A stretch of DNA of 63,188 bases, counting the filler, from Licmophora abbreviata (taxonomy: Eukaryota): the NCBI GenBank assembly GCA_900291995.1. It is 8 parts of 8 records of this genome, joined end to end, with 100 filler letters (N's around TTAATTAATTAA, not from the genome) between each part and the next. Parts side by side here need not be neighbours in the genome. Positions count along the whole stretch, not along the records: positions 39,934 to 61,212 come from OLMU01003378.1; 7 more parts are not named here. One strand, written 5' to 3'. The notes under the pieces are model-generated. The model had not been told where the DNA came from, did no database searches, and saw only the letters and a program-made list of their open reading frames with translations. Made by a program: the position numbers and the translations under genes. Positions 48,044 through 59,830 of this stretch are shown one piece after another. How positions within the stretch are numbered: the stretch's first letter is position 1; each line of letters opens with the position of its first letter.

Positions 48044-48413
48044 GGTGATTCAAAAACAGACAGTAGAAGAGGACGGTTATGGCAATAGCAGGTGTATCAC
48101 GGTACGGCAGAGTCTATCATCATGGCTTCTCAGCATGGCGGCTCGGATTTTTAGATTCCCCTCATAACATCTCTCACGAGGTCTACTGGAGGCTAAATAC
48201 TGGGGAATGGGCGTTAACTAAAAAAAATAGCCCCCAATAACGATGTCCAAAGAATGACCCTACATTGACAATTTATTCAAACCTGAATGACGTATGATGT
48301 TTCGAATGCGAACTCGAACAGTCCCGAGCGAAACACCGAAAGCGAAGCTCACAAAAAGACATCAACGGCGACGTCGTTCATCTTGTCTGATAGTCTACCT
48401 ACGAGTAGGCACG

Positions 48414-50017
48414 ATGTTCTCTCAATTTACTCCAGTCACATTCCTCGTATGCTTCTGCTGGCTTGCTAGTCTGGCGTCTTCTATCCATGCCGCAAGCGAG
48501 CCTGACTCGTCGTCCTATGGCGTGGATGTTAGCTTTCCGATTCATCATCCGTGGAGTACCGCCAAGGGTCCCAACGCTGACAATGTCAATGACAAATCGG
48601 CCGATCTAGCCTTTCTCCAGCAGCGCAAGGAAATCTATGAAGACTTCATGGCAGGGTGTCGTGATTACTATGGAAAGAAGGTGAGTGTAGTGTGGAGCGA
48701 GAAGAACGGGAGTTGACGATGGTTGCGCTGGTAACTAATACAAGTCACGGATGCGACAGACTCACTCTTGAGAGAGTTCAAATCACCATGCCCCTGATCT
48801 CATCCACCCTTCTTCTTTCTTTTTCCCTCGTTGTCACATAGGGAAGCCGATGTGACTCTACCGAACGGGATCGCATTGCCATGTCGCTGCGTCAGTCACA
48901 AAGTATGGTCAACTACACCGCCACTGGTTTCATGAAGATTCAGGCCCCCGAAAACGTGCGCAAGCTCATCTTTGACTACTGGGAATCCCACAAGGAAAAC
49001 CAAAGAGAAGAAGTCTGGCCAAGCGGCAATGTCTGTGAGTACTAGCATGCAAAGCGTCATGGGAAGTGTACGTTTGGCCGTGACTGTCGACTCACTCATT
49101 CTCTCATCCCTGCACTCTATCTGTGTACAAAAACAGACACCAATCACTGGGCTGCGCCCACGCGAATGGTCTCAGTCGAAGACTCAACTCTTAATGGAGG
49201 TGGTCCACAGCTCAAACAAGCCATTTGGAATGCCGCTCAGAATACCATTGAGCACTGGACGGGCATGGAACTACAGCCGACGTCCCTGTACGGCATTCGC
49301 GTCTACACGGAAGGTGCCATCCTTAACCCGCACGTCGATCGTCTCCCTCTTGTCAGTTCCTGTATTGTCAATGTTGCCCAAGATGTCGATGAGCCGTGGC
49401 CTTTGGAGGTCTACGATCGGGAAGGCAACGCTGTCAACGTCACAATGGAACCTGGAGATATGGTCTTGTACGAGTCCCACTCGCTCGTACATGGACGACC
49501 CTTTCCATTGAAAGGAAAATACTTTGCCAATATCTTTATTCACTTTGAACCCACGGGTCGTCCACTCTACCGTGATGACTTGGAAGAACACACCGATGAG
49601 GACTTCCCCCCCTACGTTCTTCGGGGATCACTCGAAGAGTCGAACTGGAGGGCACAGAATCCCGGTGGCTGGAAGTTGCCGTCCCCGGCTTCAGTCAAGT
49701 ACAACGTTCCGCAGGGTCATATCGTGGCTGCATCGGGTGACTTGGAGCAACTCAGGAAACTGGCCAAAGAGAACGAACGCGCTTTGCATCATGCAGATGA
49801 GAATGGTTGGCAGCCATTGCATGAGAGCGTACGAAGTGGTCATCTCGAGGTTATCAAGTCGTTGATTGAAGACTATGGGGCCGACATGAACGCCCGAACC
49901 AACCATGGCAAGGGTGGAACGCCCCTGTATATGGCGATCGATATGTTGGGTGAAGGACATTCCGTGTCGCAGTATTTGAAGGATATTGGTGCCATGAACA
50001 TTGGACCTGAGCTCTGA
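48414..50017 (+). CDS. Secretory 2OG-Fe(II) oxygenase-like protein with C-terminal ankyrin repeats
   Basis: Signal peptide. Introns 48681-48841 and 49035-49136. YGIRVY..HVD...HGR triad, ankyrin motifs WQPLHE and GGTPL, and C-terminal GPEL. Confidence 0.82.
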
Positions 50018-50132
50018 GGATTGGCATGGTAAGTACAGCATTACTCCACGGCTTTTTGCGGGCTCCGTCTACGGCACACGTGGTAAAGCCGTCTTCATAT
50101 TAAATACTTAGAAGGAAAGTACTGGTAATCGA

Positions 50133-52008
50133 TCATAGTCTACTGGTAGCATGCAGCTTCTTCGCGGCAAAGTATGTTCCCGTGCGGCAGATGCGATCGA
50201 GGAGGACCTGGCCCATGCCCGTTGAGGGTGTAAAAAAGCCGCCTCCCTTGGACGGCAGCTTCTTTTCATCCAACGCCAATGCCAGTCCGCTCTCAACCAA
50301 CATGCGCCCTGTATCAAGGTACCCTGCATCTCGTGGAAAGTACATAACGGACTGCACTTCTGTTCCCTTGGAGCCAAGGCCATAGCCCGACACGGTCAAG
50401 AAGTGTTTGCTCTCCATCCTCTTCATGCTCGGGCCTTCACCCGGCTTTGGGAGTACGTGCTGCTGTAGCAAGTGGCCCGTAAGAGGATTGGTGAGTCCAA
50501 TGGCAAGGGCGACAATGCCAAACAGATTCATGAATCCCGTCTTGAAGTCAGGTGCAATCGCAGTCTCCTTGTAGACATAATTCTTGGATTTCTCGCGCAG
50601 TGCAGCGCTTCGCTTGACAACTTCCGAGTTTGGACCCGACAATGGAAAGAACGCCGAAAAGGTGCTTCGAAAGCGGGGGATTACTGGATTAGATTTCGAC
50701 ACAGTAAATGGAAGATTGGCTTTGACCTTGGCAGAACTCTTGCGGCCATCCGGCAGGCGCAGAAAGATATCATAGTCGTGCTTGGGACCACTGCCAGCCG
50801 TTCCCTGCACTGCGCTGAGTGCTGTCGCGACCGATCCTCCTGATGCCGCGCCGACCATTTCATTAAAACACTCTACTTGCACGAGCTCCTCGTCGTCCGG
50901 TAGCTCTTCTTCAAGTTTCATGGCCGTCATGTCCCAGGGCACCGAATCGTGTCCACAGAGTGAGACGATCTTGGCACCTGTCTGTTGCGCCGTCGCCTCC
51001 CACTGGTACATCATAGATCGAACCCAATTCGTTTCACCTGTTATATCTGCGTAGTGAGTCCCATACTTGGCGCAAAACTCAACCACCGGAGAGCCGTACT
51101 GCTCAAAAGGACCCGCGGTGGTCATCACAACGCGAGTATCTCTGACGAGATCAGGAAGCGTGTCAGGTTTTCTTTGCCAGGGACAAGCTTTGTCGTGAGA
51201 ATCTACTGGTCCATACAAGATTCCTATTTCCAACGTTCAGCTCCATGCAGACATAAAACTTACTCTGTATCGACAATGAGAGTCTCTAGTTGCAGGATCT
51301 CGTCCAAACCCAGTTCTCCGGCAAGGTCCGACTTGACTGCTTCTAGCTTCGAGACCGATCGCCCCGCAATGGCCCATTTTACTCCTTTTCCAACTAAGAT
51401 TCCGAAAATGGATTGAGATGTGAGGTGCTTGTGAGGTGTCCGCGAGTAAAGTGTCAATTCGTTTCGTCCAGTCTTTTGTCCGCAGACATACCTCCATATG
51501 TCTTGGCCAAGTGGCGAGCAGCCAGCCTTCCAGTGAATCCTGTAGCACCCAGCAGGATGACATCGTACGTGCGCTTCTCCCGGGGTGATATCTCCTTTGC
51601 ATCCACCTGAATCCCGCTGTCTGATCCTTTGCTGGAAGCTTCTCGTCGTGCAGGCTTTGTCAGCAGCTTCCCTGCCTGGAATGCGATGGAGATCGGGGCA
51701 ACCACCGCACAAAGAGGAATGCCGAGGATTGTTGCCATGAGAAAGGTGGAGGTGGATACTTCCTGAGTGACCTTTCCATCTTTGTCCATCTGAGCGTAGA
51801 TGTCGTCTACCTGGGAAGGAGAAGGATTCATGCTGACGGTAGAGAACGTCTTTGTCGCTGGTCGAGTCGAAACCTGCACCAGATCGAGAGCCGTGGCAAA
51901 GTGATGGCGAGTGGGAAAGAGGAGGGGAGAGACGCCGCAGAGAACAAGTAAAAGGCTTCTGGCTTTCAAATGAAGAGCTACACGGTGTCTAGGTTGTCCA
52001 GAGCGCAT
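50133..52008 (-). CDS. Saccharopine dehydrogenase-like oxidoreductase (SCCPDH family)
   Basis: Motifs LLGATGFTG, WAIAGRS, TTAGPF..YG, Y.DITGE, CGHDSVP.D and PKPGEGPS. Introns 51491-51394 and 51263-51172. Confidence 0.87.
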
Positions 52009-52501
52009 TCAGGATAGATGGTCAGTCTTCGATTGTGTTCTCAACAGGACAAACAGTGAGCTCTCTCATCATCGAAAACTTGGGTATGACGCACAAAGAG
52101 TTTGAAGTTTCGAAGTTCACTTTCATCGAACCAAAATGTGAGCATGGTATCCTCAAGATGAGATTCCGAATTCCTATCACTCGTCTCAAAGGTTCTCGCT
52201 CGCCGAACTCTGTGTGCCAACGACATTTTGGTTGCGTAGAACTAACGTAGAATTGTACCACAGAAACCCGGAGATGACCGTTTCGATTTGGATTCCTTTT
52301 CGTGCTTGAGATCGCTCACCTTTTGTTTCTCTTGTGTTGATGGTCCCCTTGTTGTTGGATCGCCGTTTTCACTTGATACTCGCACATCGCACTTTCAGCT
52401 CAATCTCAATCCATCAGCGTCTCCGTTGGGAGTCTGTCCACGTTGATTGCGTCGAACTTCGAGTGTAGATCGAGAAGAGTTTCAAAAGTCAAGAGAACGT
52501 C

Positions 52502-55268
52502 ATGAGTTCTCGTACGTCGCTGAGCGGGAGCCGAAGCGCATTGCGTGACAAGGTTTCTCGGTTGAACTCTCGTCGCAAGTCCTTAGGAGCCGGTAGTGGC
52601 TATGACACTGATCCGGAGCCCGTGAAGCCCGGCGCTCGTGCTGCCTTGGAGGATTGGAGACGCCAGAAAATTCACAGTCGAGTAGGGTCCTCGGATGATG
52701 AAGAGAGCAACAAGCGCATCAAAGTTCAGGAATCTCCTGCGTTTCCTCCTGCTTCTTACTCTTCAACACCGTCCAAGCAGCCTGGTACGTCGGCTCTTGA
52801 GCGCTATCGTATGCGAAAGCAGCATCAGCTTCAGCAGCCTACATTCCCGTCGGATGTGAACACTCTCCCTCCGCACCCTCCCATGTCCACTAGATCCGCA
52901 ATTCCCCATGATGATGGAATAGAGCTACAGGATGAAGGCTTTTTAGCGTCTGGGCATACGTTGACGGCTGGCACTCCGAACTTTCGTCGCCGTCTCAGCA
53001 CAGTCTCCAAGAGTCGCAGGAACAGTATTTCGGGAGGAGCCCGGGCGCCAAGATACCGCGCGTCGCCCTTGTCGCAGGACAGTTACGGTAAGTGCGACTG
53101 ATGCATTTCCTGTTAGACGAAAAGTTAAGATGCATGTTGAGATTTTCTCATTCACAGTTCGCTCTTCTCTTGTGTCTCCCTGCGCAGTCGGCTCACAGCC
53201 GTCTCAACCATTGAGTCAACACACGACCGCTTCCGCTCCGACGCCGACGACCAACAAGCTCTCCACGAATGACTTTGACTCTGTAGAAGGTGCCGGTCTT
53301 CGCTCCCGTGTCCTCGAGATGCAACAGCGTGTTGATCAACTGGAGAAGGAAAAGATGGTTTTGTCCATGTCGAAAGCTCCGCTGGAGGCGCGATTCCGCA
53401 AAGCGGAGGATGAATGGGTTAAGGAACAGGGTCGGCTCCTCCAAGAGGTAGACTCGCTCAAGCAAGCATCTCGTGAAGCTGATGAGCGCTATCGCGATTT
53501 GATTGTCAAGTACGATGCTCTTCAAGAAGAGAGCAAAAGGTTGCGATTCGACGCCAGAAAAGCCGCCAGCTCCTTGAATACTCAGTCTGCCGACAATAGC
53601 ATCTGGTCTAGGCAACTACAGAATGATCGTGATGTATCGGATCTCAAGGAGAAGCTTCGTCATGCCGAGGAGGAGATAAAAGCGCTTCGTCTTGAGAAGG
53701 TTTCCGTAGAGAAGGAGATCAATGCTACCAACATGGAGCTGGACTCTCTCATTCGCTCTTACGACGAGCTCCAGGCCGAGTACGACGAGCTGGCGGCTTC
53801 CAGTTCTGAGAATAGGGAGGCCGAAATCAAACTGGAAGTGCTTTCGACAGAGCACATTGCCACATCTGCTCAGCTCAATGCTGTTTGCGCTGATCTTGCG
53901 GCAACAAAAGCAAGAGCGGGTGCCACCATGGAAGCGAAAGAAGACGAGCACAAGAAGGAAATCGCCCAGCTGCAGTTTGACATGAGCGTACTGAAGACCA
54001 GAGCAGCCAAGGTTGTCGATGACGATGAAAAGGCTGCGCTGGAGACGGACGAGGAAGATGAGGCCGTACTCCGAGCACGCATCGAGGAGCGCGACCGCAG
54101 AATTGCTGATCTGGAGTCGGAACTCCTCAATGGAGAGCAGCTCCGTCGTCAAATGCACAATCGAATCCAGGAGCTGCGTGGCAATATCCGTGTGTTTGTT
54201 CGCACCCGTCCGTTCCTTCCTGGCGACGGAACAAGCCAGGAATCCTCCATCGATGTGTCACTCGACGGTGAGAGTCTCAGTATTATCGATCATCGAAGTG
54301 GAAATCTGAGCGGTTTCAAGTTTGACAAGGTGTTCCCTCCGTCGGCGGGACAAGACTTGGTCTTCGACGAAGTGTCAGACTTCGTGCAGAGCGCGCTTGA
54401 TGGATACCACGTGTGTCTCTTTTCTTATGGTCAAACTGGCTCTGGAAAGACACACACGATGCAGGGGAGTGGCATTGGGGCTATGCGCGGTATAATTCCT
54501 CGGGCTGTAGAGCAGATTCTTGCTCAAGCTCGCGTGCTTCAAACACAGAAGTGGGACTTCAAGATGAGCGCTAGCTTCTTGGAGATCTACAACGAGGAGC
54601 TGAAGGACTTGCTTGTTGCCATGAAGGATGGCGGAAAATCTACTCAGCCCAATGCTAGGGGACAAAAATTGGCGATCAAACGCAATCGTGAGGGTAAGAG
54701 CTTCGTGGATGGCCTGGCCAAAATCAATATCGATACGATCGATGGGGAGGTAGGGATGCAGCAGTTGGCAACGCTCATGAATGCCGCAGCTCGTGCTCGA
54801 TCCGTCGCGAGTACCAAAATGAATGCCCAAAGCTCTCGAAGTCATTCCGTGTTCATGCTTCACCTGCACGGCTACAACGAAGACAGTGGAGCCTCTGTCA
54901 GCGGAGCACTCAACCTATGTGATCTTGCCGGTAGTGAGAGACTAGATCGCAGCGGCGCAAGTGCCGATGCCAGGCGACTCAAGGAAACCCAAGCAATTAA
55001 CAAGAGTCTTAGCTGCCTGGGCGACGTTTTTAACGCGCTTGCGACTGGCGCCTCCCACGTGCCATACAGAAACTCCAAACTGACCTACCTGCTGCAAGAT
55101 TGTCTCAGTGGCGATGGAAAGGCGTTGATGTTCGTAAACCTCAGTCCCACGTTTGCAAGTAGCAACGAGAGTCTTTGCTCTCTACGATTTGCACAGCGTG
55201 TCAACCAGGTGGAACTTGGGAAAGCAACGAAGCACATTGAGTACGGATCTGGCAGAAGCGCCAGGTAA
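52502..55268 (+). CDS. Kinesin-14 (C-terminal motor, KIFC1/Kar3-like)
   Basis: Intron 53088-53187. Coiled-coil stalk, neck ELRGNIRVFVR, P-loop GQTGSGKT, SSRSH, DLAGSE and HVPYRNSKLT. Confidence 0.94.
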
Positions 55269-56010
55269 TTGCATGAGGTGGTAGCTCTTAGAAGGGGGGA
55301 CAGTCAATCATGCGGCGGCTTGTAGGGGTAAAGCGTACGCGCGTGGGGAACGGGTTCAGTTTGTTTTATCGGACAGTTAAATTTCCCGTAAGTCTATGTG
55401 GTGTTACAAAATTTGGCCTCTCTATGTGCCGGTGCCGTTGTAGGCAGGGTTAGATGGCGGGAAAGTGTGTTTGAAGTGTCTGCAGTCAATCCTTCTCAGA
55501 GTACATAATGAATAAATAGCCTAAGTAGCGCATGTTGAATACATGTATGCATGTATTACACTATGCTTGTTATAAAAACTCAGAGTCCCGTGAACGTTCG
55601 AATCCCTCTCGTATTTGATGCCACTATTAGCGATGATTCTTAGTTGATAGGACGAGTTGTCTTGAGCAACGCTAAGGCGTGCATGTCCCACTCGAGAAAA
55701 GCGCGGGAAGCGTTCCTTTATGTATGAGTCAAATTGTATGCAAATATCACGTCTGTAGGAAGGATATCAGCTTGAACTGTAGCTGTCACATTTTTCGATC
55801 GAGGCTGGTCTAACTATTTTTCAAGAGTCAACAAGGACTGCAAGCGATTGACTGTGGTTCTTGAAGGGACGAGAACTTCTGTTCTTTCACATTTTCGAGT
55901 CTTACGAAGGACTCGTACTTCATATCACTGTAGTTGTACTTGACTTTTGAAGCGAGAAGTCATTTCCCCTCCCTGTTGTTGTCGTCCAAGCTAACAAAAA
56001 AATCGAAATC

Positions 56011-56676
56011 ATGAAGGCCGGAAAGTGGAATTTCAAGAAGATACTTCGAAGAAAGGACTCCGTGAGGAGTGAGAAGAAGAATGGGGGAACTGACGTGTTT
56101 GCTGTCAAGAATGGCAAAGACTTTCCCTCTACTCCTGATGAAGAAGAACAGGGTCGTCGCTGGGTCGAGTTTGAGTCGCTGTTAAACAAACGCATGTCAC
56201 GCTCTCGGAAAAAAACGAATCTGACAGAGCTCACAGGGAAACCGGCTCTGGACAACAGCGTGGATACGGACTCAAACTCCTCGGTTTCTCAAGGAGATTC
56301 TACGCTTGAACGGCAACCAGAGGCGTCAGCCGAGCGCTGTGGTAACGGAGCTGACTTCTTGGAGTACGAAGGTTCCAGGTCGATTGCTGTTCAATCGGAT
56401 GAGCACAGCAAGCAGAGCACCTTGATAGACGAAGATTCGTTGGATCAAATATCAGGATCCAGTGAAAGCATTCTAGGTGTCTTTGAGGACGACGACGATG
56501 ATGTCGACGATGAGAGCTCAGTGGGCCTGGACCAATTTGTTCAGCACATGACATGTAACGCACTTATCCCGGACTGCGCGGGCACGTCTGGTTCCCAGGA
56601 AAGTCCGAAAGTCGCAACCGACAAAGAGCCATCCTTTTTTGATCAGATCTTTGCCAGCGTTGTTGGGGCCCAGTGA
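56011..56676 (+). CDS. Hypothetical low-complexity protein (221 aa)
   Basis: ATG-initiated ORF, basic N-terminus and acidic C-terminus. No family recognised. Confidence 0.5.
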   Translation: MKAGKWNFKKILRRKDSVRSEKKNGGTDVFAVKNGKDFPSTPDEEEQGRRWVEFESLLNKRMSRSRKKTNLTELTGKPALDNSVDTDSNSSVSQGDSTLERQPEASAERCGNGADFLEYEGSRSIAVQSDEHSKQSTLIDEDSLDQISGSSESILGVFEDDDDDVDDESSVGLDQFVQHMTCNALIPDCAGTSGSQESPKVATDKEPSFFDQIFASVVGAQ

Positions 56677-57295
56677 GAGGGTGGGCGGAAGTTCACTTTA
56701 TATAGTCGCTTGCCCGGTCAATGCTTCACATGGTTGGACCAAATGCACCCCACGATAATTTATGTCGACAGAAGTGCGATGATGCCCGCCGTCTTCTTAC
56801 TCATGAGCTTCATTTAATCTTGTACTTCATATTAATGTATTGTTTGCGAAAGAATAGCGTGTACAGTATGCTTTTGTTTGTCACATTGGTTTCTTTGTGA
56901 TGGACGGCTGTCGTCTGGTGTTCAAGCGGAGTGAGTCCAGAAAGTCTCGGTGTCGCTGAAGGAATGAGGAAGGATAGGGTCGGTTAGTGACTATGTTTAT
57001 GGGTACCAGTAGCAGGCGTCCTTCCAATATGCGCTTTACCCACAGCTAAAAGGAGGCAGTAGACTACAGAAGGAACGGGTAGAGGTAAGCTCACGCTCTA
57101 CGTACGCAGAAATACGACATCTAGAGATAGACTACTTCATGGGCAGAGCGCAAGGCCAATTGAACACCCTATTTTTCAAAGCACAAGGACGGCTCTCCTT
57201 CGTTTCCCAACGCTCGTTCACTCCTCCCTTTCCGAACTTTCCTCTCGTCATTGTAACGGGATATTTCTCCATTCGACACTCCTCCAGTTCAGCAT

Positions 57296-58440
57296 TTAGC
57301 AACATCCGTTCTGCTGCTTGACCGCTTGGCTTCGAAGAGAGACACCACCTTGCTTCTGTGATCCAGCAGCCGTTGGCTGCGTCTTCATCCGAGCCTTGAT
57401 CTGGCTGGCCATGGTGAGAAAGGCCTGTTCGACATTGGTGGATGTCTTGGCAGATGTCTCGAGAAATTCAATGCCAAGGCTATCCGCAAACTCTTTTCCT
57501 TGTTCCGTGGACACGACGCGCTTGGCAGTCAGATCGGACTTGTTGCCCACAAGGAGCTTGTTGACATTTTCGGCTGCGTACCGGTCAATTTCGTGGAGCC
57601 ACTGCTTTACGTTGTTGAAGGATTCATTGTCGGTGACATCGTAGACGACGATAATGCCGTGGGCACCGCGGTAGTAGGACGATGTGATCGTACGGAAACG
57701 CTCTTGCCCAGCCGTGTCCCAAATCTGAAGCTTGATTGTCTTGCCATCGAGCTCAATGGTGCGGATTTTCTGGAATTATAAACAGATTGCAAGAAAACGA
57801 ATGAGAGAGAGAATAGGTGGGAACAAGAGAGCGGCTCGAGACTCGTAAAAGCAGGACTTACGAAGTCTACGCCAATGGTGGAGATGTACGACTCAGTGTA
57901 AGTATCATCGGCAAATCGAAGAAGCAGACAGGACTTTCCGACGCCAGAGTCTCCAATCAGGAGAAGCTTAAAGAGATAATCGCTGTATGAGTCGAGAGGA
58001 ATTGTCAAGAACGGTGTGAGACGAGACTGAGAACAAGACCAAACGCGCAGTCTGCCTACTGGCGGCAAAATGTGCTGAAACTCCACGAAATGACCGTCCA
58101 AAAACGAGCCAGGCTGCCATTCTCTCGACCACGTTCCCTGCTCTCGTGCTTAGTCGACGAATGCTCGTCGAGTCGAGTCTCTCTTCCTCTTCCCTTGCCG
58201 TCCCTTACGAGTCACTCCACGAATCACCATGACTACATCACACAAGACTTGGGCAACCAAAACTTCGTCCATCCACTCTCTCGCAAAGACTACGAAAAAT
58301 GTCGCATACACGAAGCCGAAGTTCTCGTGTGCATGGTCCACTTCTCCGGCCTCGTTTCTCGAATCACTGCTTTCCAACGCCCCTCTCTATCTTCTGGATG
58401 CATTCCCTCGGCAGCAATGGACTTACTATTCCGGATTCAT
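57296..58440 (-). CDS. RAB1: Rab1/YPT1 small GTPase
   Basis: Exons 58440-58427 (MNPEY), 57982-57862 and 57769-57296. Motifs [34 protein letters not shown] and C-terminal CC. Confidence 0.96.
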
Positions 58441-58828
58441 GGTCGAAAAAGCACAACAGTCACAACAAAAGCACGAGTGACGATGAGAATGGCTGCCACG
58501 ACCGTTGCGCCGGCTTGGTTGTGTGCGAATGATCCACGGGAGTCGTACAACTCCGTACTGAATCTACGTGGGACAGCCGGACGCCGAAGTCTCTGGAAAA
58601 AAGTCGGGTCGCAGAAGTCGGAAATATGGGAATCAGGAATCGATACTGGTGGTCCATGGGATCTTCGGCGAAATTTGAAATTTCTCACCAGACGTATTGG
58701 CAAGTTTTTTCGAGTTTTTCAAGTTTGTTGTTGTCGACAATGGCCTCCACTACGCCGGTGGGAGTACCAGGAAACAGGTAGTCTTTTCGGCCACAGCTAC
58801 GGCTAATAACTCTTTGTGAACGATCCTG

Positions 58829-59752
58829 ATGGGATTGCAGACAGATCTGGCGCTAGTAGCCTTGTTGTGGCTTCTGGCTGGCGTCTCTGATGCATTCTCG
58901 CCTCGACCGGCGCTGCGCCACGATGCTTGGTCATCACCGGCGACTCTTGCGGCATCGCCCTCCTCCTCACTGGAGACCCCACCGGCCGCCCCAGTCGATC
59001 AGGTGACGGTTTTCTCTGATGCGGATGCGGTTGGGGATGAGATTCGGCGCATAGTGCTGGACTCTGCTGACAAAGCCATTGGTGAACGTGGCCACTTTGC
59101 TCTAGCAATCCCCGGTGGGTCCATTCTCAAGATGCTCGTCGGGGAGGATATTTTGGGAGAGTGGACGACCAAGACGACCATTGCTTACGTCAATCATAAG
59201 TGTGTTTCCATGGACGATTGGGAGCTGGCGACTCATGCTAAGGCAATGAAGCTGTTCTTGAGCAATTGGGAAGGATGCAATACAATCCTCATGGACGGTA
59301 CAGATCAGGGGGAGCAAGAGGCGAAAGCCTATGAAGCTAGAATGCGTGCTGTTTCGGAGAAGGTCTTACCTCGGGACGCTCAAGGCTTGCCTGTTTTCGA
59401 TCTGGCCTTGATTGGAGTCGGAGACGACGGCCATATAGGATCGTTGTACCCGAACCGGGATGAGGTTCTGGTGGGCTCGGACGGTCCCTGGGTGCTGCCG
59501 GTTGCTATGAAGTCGCCGCCATCCATTACTCTTTCGCTCCCCGTAATGACCAACAGCAAGAAGGTAGTAGTGGCCGCTTGTGGTGTGAGCGACAAGTATC
59601 CGCAGGGCAAAGCGGATGGTATGCGCCGTGCGATCGTAGCGGAGGACGAAACCCTGACGACGTTTCCTGCCGTGGGCTTACGGAGCGTCGCTACTTGGAT
59701 CATGGACGAGGCTGCAGCCTCGAAGCTGGGGGGCGGCTACAATAAAGAATAG
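58829..59752 (+). CDS. PGL: 6-phosphogluconolactonase, plastid-targeted
   Basis: Signal peptide followed by SDA-FSP. Motifs LAIPGGS, FDLALIGVGDDGHIGSLYP and KSPP.ITLSLP. Confidence 0.87.
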   Translation: MGLQTDLALVALLWLLAGVSDAFSPRPALRHDAWSSPATLAASPSSSLETPPAAPVDQVTVFSDADAVGDEIRRIVLDSADKAIGERGHFALAIPGGSILKMLVGEDILGEWTTKTTIAYVNHKCVSMDDWELATHAKAMKLFLSNWEGCNTILMDGTDQGEQEAKAYEARMRAVSEKVLPRDAQGLPVFDLALIGVGDDGHIGSLYPNRDEVLVGSDGPWVLPVAMKSPPSITLSLPVMTNSKKVVVAACGVSDKYPQGKADGMRRAIVAEDETLTTFPAVGLRSVATWIMDEAAASKLGGGYNKE

Positions 59753-59830
59753 AAAGAAGGCTAAGATTTGATACTACCAACAGATCCGCAAACTTTATCA
59801 TGTGTCGTTGAACATAGGATGCCTCACGGA

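Noticed and set aside
55575..55610. gttcgaatccc resembling a tRNA T-loop (B box)
   Set aside because: I could not build a convincing acceptor stem, D arm or anticodon arm around it. tRNAscan-SE would settle it.
58072..58806. 244-aa plus-strand ORF
   Set aside because: It has a non-ATG start, is antisense to the Rab1 intron, first exon and promoter, and shows no protein-like features.
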